The position numbers and the translations under genes were made by a program. DNA of 64,000 bases from a virus. The notes beneath the pieces were generated by a model. The model was not told the origin of the DNA, did not search any database, and saw only the letters and a list, made by a program, of their open reading frames with translations. Shown piece after piece: positions 1 to 9,112 of this stretch (positions within the stretch are counted from its first letter, which is position 1; each line of letters starts with the position of its first letter). The DNA is taken from positions 1 to 64,000 of the IMG/VR virus record IMGVR_UViG_3300009502_000041. The stretch is one strand, 5' to 3'.

Positions 1-114
1 CGTTCCATTTTTTAAAAAGAAATATATTGCAAATGAAACAAAAAGAATTATTATTGTTAGTAATAATATTAATATATAGAATATTGTCATTCAATGTGTC
101 ATAATTAACTAATC

Positions 115-336
115 TTATTTTATAGCTTCTTGAATTATTGTAATATCTCGAATCATTTTAAGTTGTTTATTCACTCTTAAAAGACTCTCAAGAAATTTGT
201 GATATTCTTCATCAGTAAACGAATTACGCTTAATTTTATTAACAAAACGATCTAAGATAACGTTGCGGTTATTTTCGAACCATATAACGTCATCAACAGT
301 AACATCCCCAATTCCAGTAACATTTAATTCTTCCAT
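115..336 (-). CDS. hypothetical protein
   Basis: 73-aa ORF co-oriented with the thyA block; no recognisable motif. Confidence 0.6.
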   Translation of the reverse strand: MEELNVTGIGDVTVDDVIWFENNRNVILDRFVNKIKRNSFTDEEYHKFLESLLRVNKQLKMIRDITIIQEAIK

Positions 337-347
337 AATTTTTATTA

Positions 348-521
348 TTAATAATATATTTCAATTAATTCATCGATAATTACATTTATTTCGTCATCAT
401 CAAAATCCCAACCAATATTTCGACATTTTAACACAATTTCATGTATCGGTCTACCTTCAAGGTATTCGGTAAAAATGAAACGCCATGAGTCTTCAATAAT
501 AAATTCAATTGAGGTTACCAT
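348..521 (-). CDS. small hypothetical protein (not in ORF track)
   Basis: Hand-translated 57 aa MVTSIEFIIEDSWRF...DELIEIYY; fills the gap between thyA and ORF 115..336. Confidence 0.55.
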   Translation of the reverse strand: MVTSIEFIIEDSWRFIFTEYLEGRPIHEIVLKCRNIGWDFDDDEINVIIDELIEIYY

Positions 522-523
522 TT

Positions 524-1747
524 TTATTTTTTTAAACCAACAAATAGTTCATATTTAATTGCTGGATGTGATTTATAATTAAGCAATTCAAAATCATCGA
601 TAGTTAATGACAATATATCATCCAACGAATTTAATTCTTTATTAATTTTCATTGTTGGTAGAGGAAATGGTTCTCTGGTACGTTTTGGAACATTAAAATC
701 TTCATTTAATAAAGCAATTTTTCCTTCATTAGACCGTACTGGTGTATTTCCAAATATGGGTAATTTAACAATATTGTTATCAAATTGTTCTTTAGTTTCT
801 TTGGAAACCAAATTTAACATTTCGTCTAAAGTTAAATCTCTACCAATTTGTTCTTTTGCTTGTTCAACATGATTAACATATAGATGAGTATCACCACCAA
901 TCCAATTTGCAATACCTGCTATCATATTAGACGCTTTAGCAAAAATCATTAATAATAATGACATAGAAGCCAAATTATACGGGCAACCTAACGCTGTATC
1001 GACACTTCTTTGATACATATTCAAATCAAGGTAAAATTTAGGAATATTCTGCCTATCAAAAAATTTTGAATACGCATTTGGGTCTTCAGTATCAAACATT
1101 TCACCATCATAATAGGAAAGCCTTTCATGAAACGATAATGGTCTAACTATAAAGTGATAAAGCAAATGACATGGTGGCAACGCCATTTCGGGGAAGTCGG
1201 CTTTATTCCACCCATCAATTACATGATATCGTGAATATGGATTTGTTTTCAATCCATCTAACACATCTTTAACCTGATCGACACCATTTTGATTTCTCCA
1301 TTGATAGCCATAGACCTTTCCTAGGTCGCCAAGTTTATATGTAGAATCACTGCCCAAATATCCTATGTTAATATTATGAATAAATTCTTCCATTGTGAAT
1401 GGTCTGATTTTATTTTCAATAATATCTTCTTGAAGATAATCATATTCTGGTTCAACCAAAGTGCTTATGTATTTTAAATACCATCTGTAAGCATCTCCAT
1501 TCCAGATATTTACGTTATTATCGACAAGATATTTAATATTAGTATCTCCACGTAAAAACCACAGAAGCTCATGTACTATGCCTTTCCAATACATTTTTTT
1601 GGTTGTAAGTAATGGAAAACCATCTTTTAAATCCATTCTAATATCAGCTTTTGATATACCAATAGTATTTGGCATATTAGCTCTACCACTTTCTTTTTCG
1701 ACACCATTATCAATGATGTTCTGTAACAAATCTAAATATTGTTTCAT
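524..1747 (-). CDS. thyA: thymidylate synthase (with insertions)
   Basis: FPLLTTKK, ELLWFLRGDTN, GKVYGYQWR, catalytic MALPPCH, YQRSVD..LG.PYN, GDTHLY. Confidence 0.97.
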   Translation of the reverse strand: MKQYLDLLQNIIDNGVEKESGRANMPNTIGISKADIRMDLKDGFPLLTTKKMYWKGIVHELLWFLRGDTNIKYLVDNNVNIWNGDAYRWYLKYISTLVEPEYDYLQEDIIENKIRPFTMEEFIHNINIGYLGSDSTYKLGDLGKVYGYQWRNQNGVDQVKDVLDGLKTNPYSRYHVIDGWNKADFPEMALPPCHLLYHFIVRPLSFHERLSYYDGEMFDTEDPNAYSKFFDRQNIPKFYLDLNMYQRSVDTALGCPYNLASMSLLLMIFAKASNMIAGIANWIGGDTHLYVNHVEQAKEQIGRDLTLDEMLNLVSKETKEQFDNNIVKLPIFGNTPVRSNEGKIALLNEDFNVPKRTREPFPLPTMKINKELNSLDDILSLTIDDFELLNYKSHPAIKYELFVGLKK

Positions 1748-1758
1748 TTACTTATATT

Positions 1759-1983
1759 TTAATCAACCACACATTCAATTGCTTTTTCATATATTGCAAG
1801 AAAATATCCCTTTTCGGTTACTAGTATATTATTTTCTTGTTTAAAAATGTCAATATTATCGGATTCCAGCACTTTACGATACTTATTAATATTTTCAATT
1901 AAATATTTATCATCACTTAATGACTTGATAACGTTCTCGTACTTACTATCCAAACCAGTACTAACTATAATAATCCTATCCAT
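1759..1983 (-). CDS. hypothetical protein
   Basis: 74-aa ORF tightly packed in a minus-strand operon. Confidence 0.6.
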   Translation of the reverse strand: MDRIIIVSTGLDSKYENVIKSLSDDKYLIENINKYRKVLESDNIDIFKQENNILVTEKGYFLAIYEKAIECVVD

Positions 1984-1985
1984 CT

Positions 1986-2180
1986 TTAACTCACTTTCTT
2001 TTTAGTTTCAATCCTTTCAATCTCACGATTAATGCGTGTGATATCTGCAGGGGTTAATGCAATCATGTTATTGGTTGTTTTACCATTAACCTTTTCTGGT
2101 TTAGTCCCTCTTTTAAGTTGTGCTTCAAATTGTTTTCTAGCACTCTCTCTTCTGATTCTAATTCCTGTTGTACCTTTCAT
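1986..2180 (-). CDS. small basic hypothetical protein
   Basis: 64-aa Lys/Arg-rich ORF in the operon. Confidence 0.6.
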   Translation of the reverse strand: MKGTTGIRIRRESARKQFEAQLKRGTKPEKVNGKTTNNMIALTPADITRINREIERIETKKKVS

Positions 2181-2191
2181 AATTATTTAAT

Positions 2192-2749
2192 TTAAATATT
2201 GATTAAAATTTCTTTCGGATTAAAAATACCTCTAATCATAACACTTCGTGTTCCATCATACATATAATCTTTAGGATTATCTAAAACATCATCCAATGTT
2301 TCATGTAGCAATATTCTAAGTCCATCTTCAAGAATATGGTTATTTGTCATAGTCGTTAAGTCCTGAGCCATCGCAGGACTCCAAGATAACATAATTCGCC
2401 TATTTGGTGAAAAATCTATTTCGTCATAAATAACAGGACTAATACTTGCACCATTTTTTACTGGTGTTGTAAACGATTTTACGTCCCACGTTAGTGGTGA
2501 TAGATAAATTTCATATAAATAAACCTTTCCAGTTAATTTAGTATCTTCTTTTACCGATATGGTTACAGAATCATAAATATTTTCATCCACATCTTTCATT
2601 GAAGGGGTGTCAATTATTATAAGTTCTTTTACATCGTTAAATTCTTCTGTGTGATAGAGAAGAATGTCTTTTATTCTTTCCAAACCCTTCGATTTGATAT
2701 TACCGTCCGAAATTTCGGATAAATCTGAAATAAATTCTTTTATTTTCAT
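2192..2749 (-). CDS. hypothetical protein
   Basis: 185-aa ORF abutting its neighbours. Confidence 0.7.
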   Translation of the reverse strand: MKIKEFISDLSEISDGNIKSKGLERIKDILLYHTEEFNDVKELIIIDTPSMKDVDENIYDSVTISVKEDTKLTGKVYLYEIYLSPLTWDVKSFTTPVKNGASISPVIYDEIDFSPNRRIMLSWSPAMAQDLTTMTNNHILEDGLRILLHETLDDVLDNPKDYMYDGTRSVMIRGIFNPKEILINI

Positions 2750-3373
2750 TTATTTAATTTTTAATAGTTTACATATATAATGAAATTCATTGATGGATTT
2801 GCATTCACCATGATATTTTTCTTGATCGTTTATTGCTATCCAAATTAATGGTGGTTCTCCAACACATTGAAGATAACCAACTTTACTTTCTTTCTTTCCA
2901 AAAACCCCATGCGAAACAGTTTCTTCCCATCCTTCGGCTTCTATTTCTTCTTTGGTAAGATAAGAGGTTCGTAGATGTCCACTTTCTAATAGTTCTAAGT
3001 AGTGATGTAATTTTAAATATACTGGATAATCTATACTTACCTTTACCCAGTTTTCATCATAAGTTAAATCGGTTCTAATAATATCGTCAACACAATGACT
3101 TATAGCACTTATTATTTCTTGTACTTCACATTCATATCCAACCCTCAAGTCAGAAATTTCAGGGATAAAATAGGTGTCCATCGTTTTTATATTTTCATTA
3201 ATATTATCTTCAGGTATAATATAACTAAGCTCGCTTTGAAATAATTCAGCAACATTTCCTTTGTAAAGCCCATTTAAACCTTCCAATAACCCTAATTTAC
3301 GCCATCTTTCTGTGGTTTCTTCTTTTAATTTCCTGAGTTGTTCTATGCCAACATTTTTCTCATTTTTTTTCAT
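2750..3373 (-). CDS. hypothetical protein; N-terminus resembles the N-terminal (delta) region of gp23-type major capsid proteins
   Basis: NVGIEQLRKLKEETTERWRKLGLLEGL..NVAELFQSEL; the C-terminal part (from MDTYFIPEISD) is unrelated. Confidence 0.55.
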   Translation of the reverse strand: MKKNEKNVGIEQLRKLKEETTERWRKLGLLEGLNGLYKGNVAELFQSELSYIIPEDNINENIKTMDTYFIPEISDLRVGYECEVQEIISAISHCVDDIIRTDLTYDENWVKVSIDYPVYLKLHHYLELLESGHLRTSYLTKEEIEAEGWEETVSHGVFGKKESKVGYLQCVGEPPLIWIAINDQEKYHGECKSINEFHYICKLLKIK

Positions 3374-3672
3374 TTTAAGCTCTTTAAAGCGTTTAATATT
3401 TCATCCTCGTTCATCGTATCCAGATTATCAACAATGCCCGTCATTTCGGCTATTTTGTTGCTTAACTCATCTCCAAAGCTTGTGTTTGAGTTTAATAATT
3501 CTTCAATTTTAGTAAGCGCAAATCTAGCTTGGCTGCCGTGTTCATCTGCTGCAATCATTGAGATATTGCCCATGTATTCAACATAGTTATTATCGTTTGC
3601 ATAAAACTTTAATATTGGCTCAATTAACAACACTATGTTTTGATATTGTTCAATACTATTCGTCGTCATCAT
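3370..3672 (-). CDS. hypothetical protein
   Basis: 100-aa ORF overlapping both neighbours by a few nt. Confidence 0.65.
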   Translation of the reverse strand: MMTTNSIEQYQNIVLLIEPILKFYANDNNYVEYMGNISMIAADEHGSQARFALTKIEELLNSNTSFGDELSNKIAEMTGIVDNLDTMNEDEILNALKSLK

Positions 3673-4003
3673 CAGTTTCTTTATTTAAACGTTCCTTAAT
3701 TATCTCTCTTAAGCCTTTGACCTCTTCAGGATATAATGTAAATTCCTTTCGGGCGGGAAATGAAGTCTTGTTATTTATTTTTTTATGGAAGAAACTTCCA
3801 TGTGATTCGGCTTCCTCAAATTCCTCATACAATTCTAGACTAATGTTTCCGTATGAATATGTATGACCTCTACTAAATGCAATGTACAATCTTTGCATTT
3901 GGGGGAAATATGTTGTTTTTAAAATATTATCTGATTGAAACACAGACTCAATATATCCAACATCTCCATTTTCTTCTTTATGTTCATTCCTCTCAACTAA
4001 CAT
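3656..4003 (-). CDS. KTSC domain protein
   Basis: SDNI...Y....RLYIAF..G.TYSY..IS.E.YEEF..AESHGSFFHKKI pattern. Confidence 0.8.
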   Translation of the reverse strand: MLVERNEHKEENGDVGYIESVFQSDNILKTTYFPQMQRLYIAFSRGHTYSYGNISLELYEEFEEAESHGSFFHKKINNKTSFPARKEFTLYPEEVKGLREIIKERLNKETDDDDE

Positions 4004-4022
4004 ATTTACTGTTTTAAGTAGG

Positions 4023-4053
4023 CAAATATAAGCAATTAAATATTAAAAACAAA
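4023..4053 (-). promoter_or_regulatory. Bacteroidota housekeeping-sigma promoter for the KTSC-thyA operon
   Basis: Minus strand TTTG-N19-TATATTTG upstream of ATG 4003. Confidence 0.7.
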
Positions 4054-5608
4054 GAGATAATTCAAATTTTGTTTGACCACAATCAAATATTCTTAAATAT
4101 TCATTTTTATTTAAATCATTTTCCTCCTTTGATTCGTTTGAAAATTGTTTGCGAACATACTTACCTCTTTTAAAATACCAATAATTTGGTTTGGTATTAT
4201 TAATAAACATAAAGTTCATTTGTTTATATAAATCACCGTTAAAATATCTTCTATCTACATATGTGGAAATTGATTTGGGTTGATATATATCGATGAAGTG
4301 TTTTAGTAACATATTTGCACCGCCAATAATATTTGTGTTTAGTTTCTCGCAGAATCTTAATATTTCATATTTATCGTTAATAATACTAAAACACATTAAA
4401 CCAACCAATTCATCGTTATATATTAAACCGTAATTATATTTAGTTTTAACGCTTCCTTGAATATGGTTTTGATTTAAAAACTCGGACGATTGTTTGTGAT
4501 TAATTCTCTTAATCGCACAATCACTAACATATATTTCACGATCAAATATGTTTAATTTTGATTTAATTATGTTTTTAACAATTTCTTTTTTGCCAATCCA
4601 CTCATCTTCAAAAATATGTATTAATTGAATTCCGCGTTCTTCACATAGTTCTGTTTTATTTAAATGATATCCATCGTCTTTATGTTCACCCGAATGCCAA
4701 TATAATCCATCAAACTCAATTCCTAACTTATGTGATGGAATGTATATATCAATTTCTTTATTTTCAATTTTTATTTTTTCGGTACAAATATTTAATTCTT
4801 CTTCAATAAAATTTCGAATTTCAATTTCCTTAATCGAACTGTTTTCGGATATTGGGTAGCACTCCGTACAAACTTTTGACGATCTATTGGTTCTATTAAT
4901 TAAATTTGTTTTAGATATTTCAAATTTATCGTGCTTTTTACAGTAATTTTTAATTAAAACAACGTTATTATCTAGAACACAAATATTATCTTTAGATAAA
5001 CATAATATTTTGCTCCATTTTTTCACAAAATTAATTTTTTTTGAATTATTTATTTTTTCACAAATCAAATCGTTTTTTGCTGGAGAATTTACTCCATATT
5101 TTTTTAGCCAAGTAATTTTACTTTTTTTGATGAATTCGTTTGTTTGTGAGTAGTTTTCAACACCATATTTTTTTAGGTTGGTTTTTTTTGATTTTTCAAT
5201 TGTTTCAATTAACGTCATTGGATTCTCGACTCCAAATTTATTTAAATTGGTTTGCTTAATCTTTTCTTTAAATTTTTCACTCTGAAAGGCATTTTCGACA
5301 CCATATTTACTTAAATTAGTTTGCTTTCTTAATTCTTTAGTGTTGTTTGATTTTAAATGACACATGTTTGTGCAATATTTGGAGTATCCAGTTGAGAATT
5401 TTTGAAATTTAACAACATTTCCACAATTAATACATTTAGGTGGATTTTTAATGTTATTAATATAGTTATATAATTTATTACTCCAAATAATATTAATAAA
5501 CCTTTTGTTATGTTTTATTATTTTATCATATAATAATGAATTTTCATTTTTTAATTTCTTTTCATTCCTATCATATTTTGATAAAAATAAAACGTCTTCA
5601 ATTTTCAT
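4043..5608 (-). CDS. Hef-like homing endonuclease (Zn ribbon, KYGVEN repeats, Vsr/PD-(D/E)XK-like domain, GNAT-like C-terminus)
   Basis: CINC..CTNMC, repeated KYGVEN, EIDIYIPSHKLGIEFDGLYWHS, HIFEDEW, C-terminal IFDCG; likely start ATG 5608. Confidence 0.8.
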   Translation of the reverse strand: MKIEDVLFLSKYDRNEKKLKNENSLLYDKIIKHNKRFINIIWSNKLYNYINNIKNPPKCINCGNVVKFQKFSTGYSKYCTNMCHLKSNNTKELRKQTNLSKYGVENAFQSEKFKEKIKQTNLNKFGVENPMTLIETIEKSKKTNLKKYGVENYSQTNEFIKKSKITWLKKYGVNSPAKNDLICEKINNSKKINFVKKWSKILCLSKDNICVLDNNVVLIKNYCKKHDKFEISKTNLINRTNRSSKVCTECYPISENSSIKEIEIRNFIEEELNICTEKIKIENKEIDIYIPSHKLGIEFDGLYWHSGEHKDDGYHLNKTELCEERGIQLIHIFEDEWIGKKEIVKNIIKSKLNIFDREIYVSDCAIKRINHKQSSEFLNQNHIQGSVKTKYNYGLIYNDELVGLMCFSIINDKYEILRFCEKLNTNIIGGANMLLKHFIDIYQPKSISTYVDRRYFNGDLYKQMNFMFINNTKPNYWYFKRGKYVRKQFSNESKEENDLNKNEYLRIFDCGQTKFELSLCF

Positions 5609-5768
5609 AATTAATATTATCAATTTCTTTATTCAATTCTTTTCTAATTAATACTCTAATTCTCTTAGAAATTGAATATCCGTTTTTTTTACAATAATTC
5701 TTAAACTCTTCGCTAATATTTGAATCGAGTCGAATATTTAGCATTTTACTCTTAATTTGTTTTTCCAT
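5598..5768 (-). CDS. ribbon-helix-helix (CopG/Arc-like) DNA-binding protein
   Basis: KMLNIRLDSNISEEFKNYCKKNGYSISKRIRVLI; likely start MEKQ at 5768, downstream of a late-promoter motif. Confidence 0.75.
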   Translation of the reverse strand: MEKQIKSKMLNIRLDSNISEEFKNYCKKNGYSISKRIRVLIRKELNKEIDNINYEN

Positions 5769-5789
5769 GTTGTGTAGTATTTGCTTTAC

Positions 5790-5839
5790 ATAAATACTCT
5801 CAAATATAAAAACATTATAAATAATAAACAAGTATTTAT
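5790..5839. promoter_or_regulatory. divergent pair of putative late promoters (GTATTTAT)
   Basis: Motif on minus strand at 5790-5797 and on plus strand at 5832-5839. Confidence 0.6.
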
Positions 5840-5854
5840 ATAAAAATTAATTAA

Positions 5855-6616
5855 ATGGCTTTTCCAAAAAAAATAAAATATACTTTAGATACCAATCCCC
5901 CTAAGATTGGTACTGAATATCTTAAATATGGGTTTGATAGAATTGAGGAATTAATGTGTGAAGCCGATACCAAAACCAAATATCTCCCAAGAACCATTTT
6001 ACTTGAAGATTTAGATCAAGCTCTTTTTGATTATGTTAATAATGAAATGAAAGTTGTTATTGACGGTAATGCACTGTCTGTCATCTACTTAGATAACGAT
6101 AGATGGGGTGAACTGAGCAAGACGTGGAAATTAATGGACGGAGACCATAATATCCCAACTCCATATGTTACAGTAAGACGCACCGAAAAACAAGCAGGTA
6201 CTAGACTTGGTACTAAGTATCGTATTGCACAGGGGCGTAAGTTCAGATATATGGATGTGCCAATTCTTGATAACGGTGAGGTTATATATCTAAGATTTAA
6301 AATGCCTGAGCCAACGAATGTTGATTTAACATATGAAGTGGTGTTATTTACAAAATACAGGGTTGATGTTAACACGTATGACGAGCAAGTACTTAAGAAT
6401 TTTGCTTCTCGTCAAGAATACCTAGTAATTAAAGGCAATCCAGTTCCACTAGTATTTGACAATTTTGCTGAGGCAAATTCTATTGAGAATATTGATGGTG
6501 ATAGATTTTTTGTGTCAAAATATACCATAAAATTACTTGGGTTTATTCAAGACGAAAAAGAATTTGAAATCGTTAAAACAACAAGAAGACCAAAATTTGG
6601 TTACGTCATTAAATAA
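5855..6616 (+). CDS. putative tail completion/terminator protein (T4 gp15-like)
   Basis: MPEPTNVDLTYEVVLFTKYRVDVNTYDEQVL resembles the gp15-family P.P.DITYEL.I.T motif; late promoter; structural context. Confidence 0.55.
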   Translation: MAFPKKIKYTLDTNPPKIGTEYLKYGFDRIEELMCEADTKTKYLPRTILLEDLDQALFDYVNNEMKVVIDGNALSVIYLDNDRWGELSKTWKLMDGDHNIPTPYVTVRRTEKQAGTRLGTKYRIAQGRKFRYMDVPILDNGEVIYLRFKMPEPTNVDLTYEVVLFTKYRVDVNTYDEQVLKNFASRQEYLVIKGNPVPLVFDNFAEANSIENIDGDRFFVSKYTIKLLGFIQDEKEFEIVKTTRRPKFGYVIK

Positions 6617-7922
6617 CGGTATAAGAATTTTCATTAGATTGGTATTTATTTCCCAGAGGAAAAATCTGTTTAATATTATTGGTATTAATAATAGTGTTGT
6701 CAATTCTGTTATTGTATTGAGTACTATTTACTAATTGATTTGCATTCATGTTTGGGGATGATGCACCTATAACCTTCCATGTTTTATTAATCAAATCTAA
6801 ATTAATTTTAAAATACATTTTTTCTGAAGTACCGATACTTATATTATCTTGATTATAAAATAGTGTGGTTTTTCCATTTTTGGCATTATAGAATGTAAAT
6901 TTAGCATAACCATTTACAATATTATTTATTTGTGATTCAATAAATGATACTGGAATATATAAATCATATAATTGATTTTTGGTACTTGCATTGATAACAT
7001 ATTGAGATTTGTTACCAATTTTTGTTAAATATGTTGTAAATAATTTTACTTGTGTATTAATATCATAAGTATCATAAAAGTCCAATATAAAAAAACTATT
7101 AAGCATTGTAACACTATTTCCATCAATCTCTGCTTGACTAAAACCAGCATTAATAAATGATGTATCATATGAAAGAATGGTTGGGGTTGATGATATACCA
7201 CCACAGCTTGAGTTTTCGCCTGAACAATTATAAGAATATGTGTTATTACAAATAATTTTTACTAAACCAGAATTGGATGTTGCGGAATCAATAATAACAG
7301 TAACACCCCCACTTTTTCCGTTTAATCCCATATCACAATCAATACCACCGCCAACAACTATTTGTGTAACATCAGTAACGCCGTTAATTACATATGTACT
7401 AGTTTTTGTTTGTGAATCTGATTGTGAATTTGGATAATTTCCCCCCGATACTGAAGCATAAACGCTATCGATTGTAATAAAACTAATTCCACCATTGGTT
7501 GATATATTAAAATTGCTTGTAGCTTGTGTTGGGTCTTGACCATTAGTTCCACTATTATCACAACTTGCATCAATAGTATATTTAAATGTAATTGAAAATA
7601 TTTGTCCACTAGCATTATTTGCTTTTAAACTATTAATTAATGCGGGGTTATAATAAATCTCAGCTGGTATTGAATTATTATTACTGGTAATACCATTCGG
7701 ATTATAAAAATAGAAACTAATTGTAGATGTCCCAACAAGCGGATTTAATTTAAATTTTCTTTCTTCAACATCAATAACAGGATTTACCACATCAAGAGCA
7801 CTAAATTCAGTTAAATCATTAATTTCTTGTTGACTTCCAATAAAATCATCGTTTGAATTAAAATTAAGTTTTAGGCTTAAGTTTTGTCCAATACTTCTTA
7901 ATTTTTCACGAATTATTGGCAT
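6609..7922 (-). CDS. putative virion structural protein
   Basis: 437 aa with a Ser/Gly/Thr-rich beta insert; in an operon with two other structural-type ORFs. Confidence 0.6.
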   Translation of the reverse strand: MPIIREKLRSIGQNLSLKLNFNSNDDFIGSQQEINDLTEFSALDVVNPVIDVEERKFKLNPLVGTSTISFYFYNPNGITSNNNSIPAEIYYNPALINSLKANNASGQIFSITFKYTIDASCDNSGTNGQDPTQATSNFNISTNGGISFITIDSVYASVSGGNYPNSQSDSQTKTSTYVINGVTDVTQIVVGGGIDCDMGLNGKSGGVTVIIDSATSNSGLVKIICNNTYSYNCSGENSSCGGISSTPTILSYDTSFINAGFSQAEIDGNSVTMLNSFFILDFYDTYDINTQVKLFTTYLTKIGNKSQYVINASTKNQLYDLYIPVSFIESQINNIVNGYAKFTFYNAKNGKTTLFYNQDNISIGTSEKMYFKINLDLINKTWKVIGASSPNMNANQLVNSTQYNNRIDNTIINTNNIKQIFPLGNKYQSNENSYTVI

Positions 7923-9076
7923 GGTTTTCCTATATTAGTAATATCACCAATTGGTGCATAATTTATTGTAATTGCATTTCTGCTAAACCAAACTTCATTA
8001 AATTTTGAAAGGGTATTTCCGTCTGCTAAATCTGGCGTAACATCAAATATTATGTTTGTAAACAAATATCTTTTTTTGTTTACAAACGGATAGTCAACGC
8101 CAATACCAGTTAATGGGTCAAAATACCCTTGTGATAAAATGTCTCTCCATACATAATTATTATTACCAATTGAGGTTGCATATAAAGGAATTGAATTTGC
8201 TTGATCATATGAAGTACTGCCAGTATTTGCAGCATAAATATCATCACCTAAATATCTTAATCTTAAGGGAATAAATGGGTTATATTTCCAAATAAGTTTT
8301 TTGGTATTAGTATCATATGGAGTACTGATGAAAATAGTTTGTTCAGATAATCGTGTTTGAAGAAATTCGGATTTAGTATATTCTATCAGATCACATATAT
8401 TATTATTATTAAGTGTTTTAACAAAGTCGCCAATATTTAACATCAATGGTAGATATGTTTTTATTGAACTCGTACCGTCACTATACCATTCGGTATAATA
8501 CATTAATTCAATTGGGTTTGGCGATGTGGTTGGTTTGTATTGTACATATAAATATAATTCAGTTGCTGGAAACATTAATTGATCATAATAATTTGAAACA
8601 TCAATATCAACGTTAAAGTTAAATGCATATGCTTGTTCACCATATACATTATTAGAAAAACCAACGGGAAATAATTCAAATTGATTCGGTGTTGCAATAA
8701 CCTCAAAACATCTTACAATTTTGGTGACTCCATTAACGGTTATACCGCTTATATAACCAGCATGTGCGTCTCTAACCAGATAAAAATCAAACGAATTTAG
8801 AATGTTTTTCGATTCAGTTTTTTGTGGTAAAAAAAAATCTTGAAATTGATTATAATTTAATTTTAAACCATTTAAAAGTGACATATACTCAATTTTCCCA
8901 TATATTCTATATATTTGATTTGCTTCTCTTTCTGCTTCAAACACATCGCTTGCACTAAGTACATTTCTAATATCATATTCTGTAATTTCAGTTGGCTTAT
9001 TAAATAACTCTACTTTATCATATGAATCAACATTGACAGATGCAACATTTTTATAGCTATTGAGTAATATTTCCAC
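7913..9076 (-). CDS. putative virion structural protein
   Basis: 387 aa, GTG start, GTATTTAT motif at 9093-9100 upstream. Confidence 0.6.
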   Translation of the reverse strand: MEILLNSYKNVASVNVDSYDKVELFNKPTEITEYDIRNVLSASDVFEAEREANQIYRIYGKIEYMSLLNGLKLNYNQFQDFFLPQKTESKNILNSFDFYLVRDAHAGYISGITVNGVTKIVRCFEVIATPNQFELFPVGFSNNVYGEQAYAFNFNVDIDVSNYYDQLMFPATELYLYVQYKPTTSPNPIELMYYTEWYSDGTSSIKTYLPLMLNIGDFVKTLNNNNICDLIEYTKSEFLQTRLSEQTIFISTPYDTNTKKLIWKYNPFIPLRLRYLGDDIYAANTGSTSYDQANSIPLYATSIGNNNYVWRDILSQGYFDPLTGIGVDYPFVNKKRYLFTNIIFDVTPDLADGNTLSKFNEVWFSRNAITINYAPIGDITNIGKPCQ

Positions 9077-9112
9077 TACTTTATTTTTATTAATAAATAC
9101 CGATAAATTATT

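Noticed and set aside
524-1747. dCMP hydroxymethylase rather than ThyA
   Set aside because: The specificity residue is Asn (LGCPYN), as in dUMP-specific thymidylate synthases.
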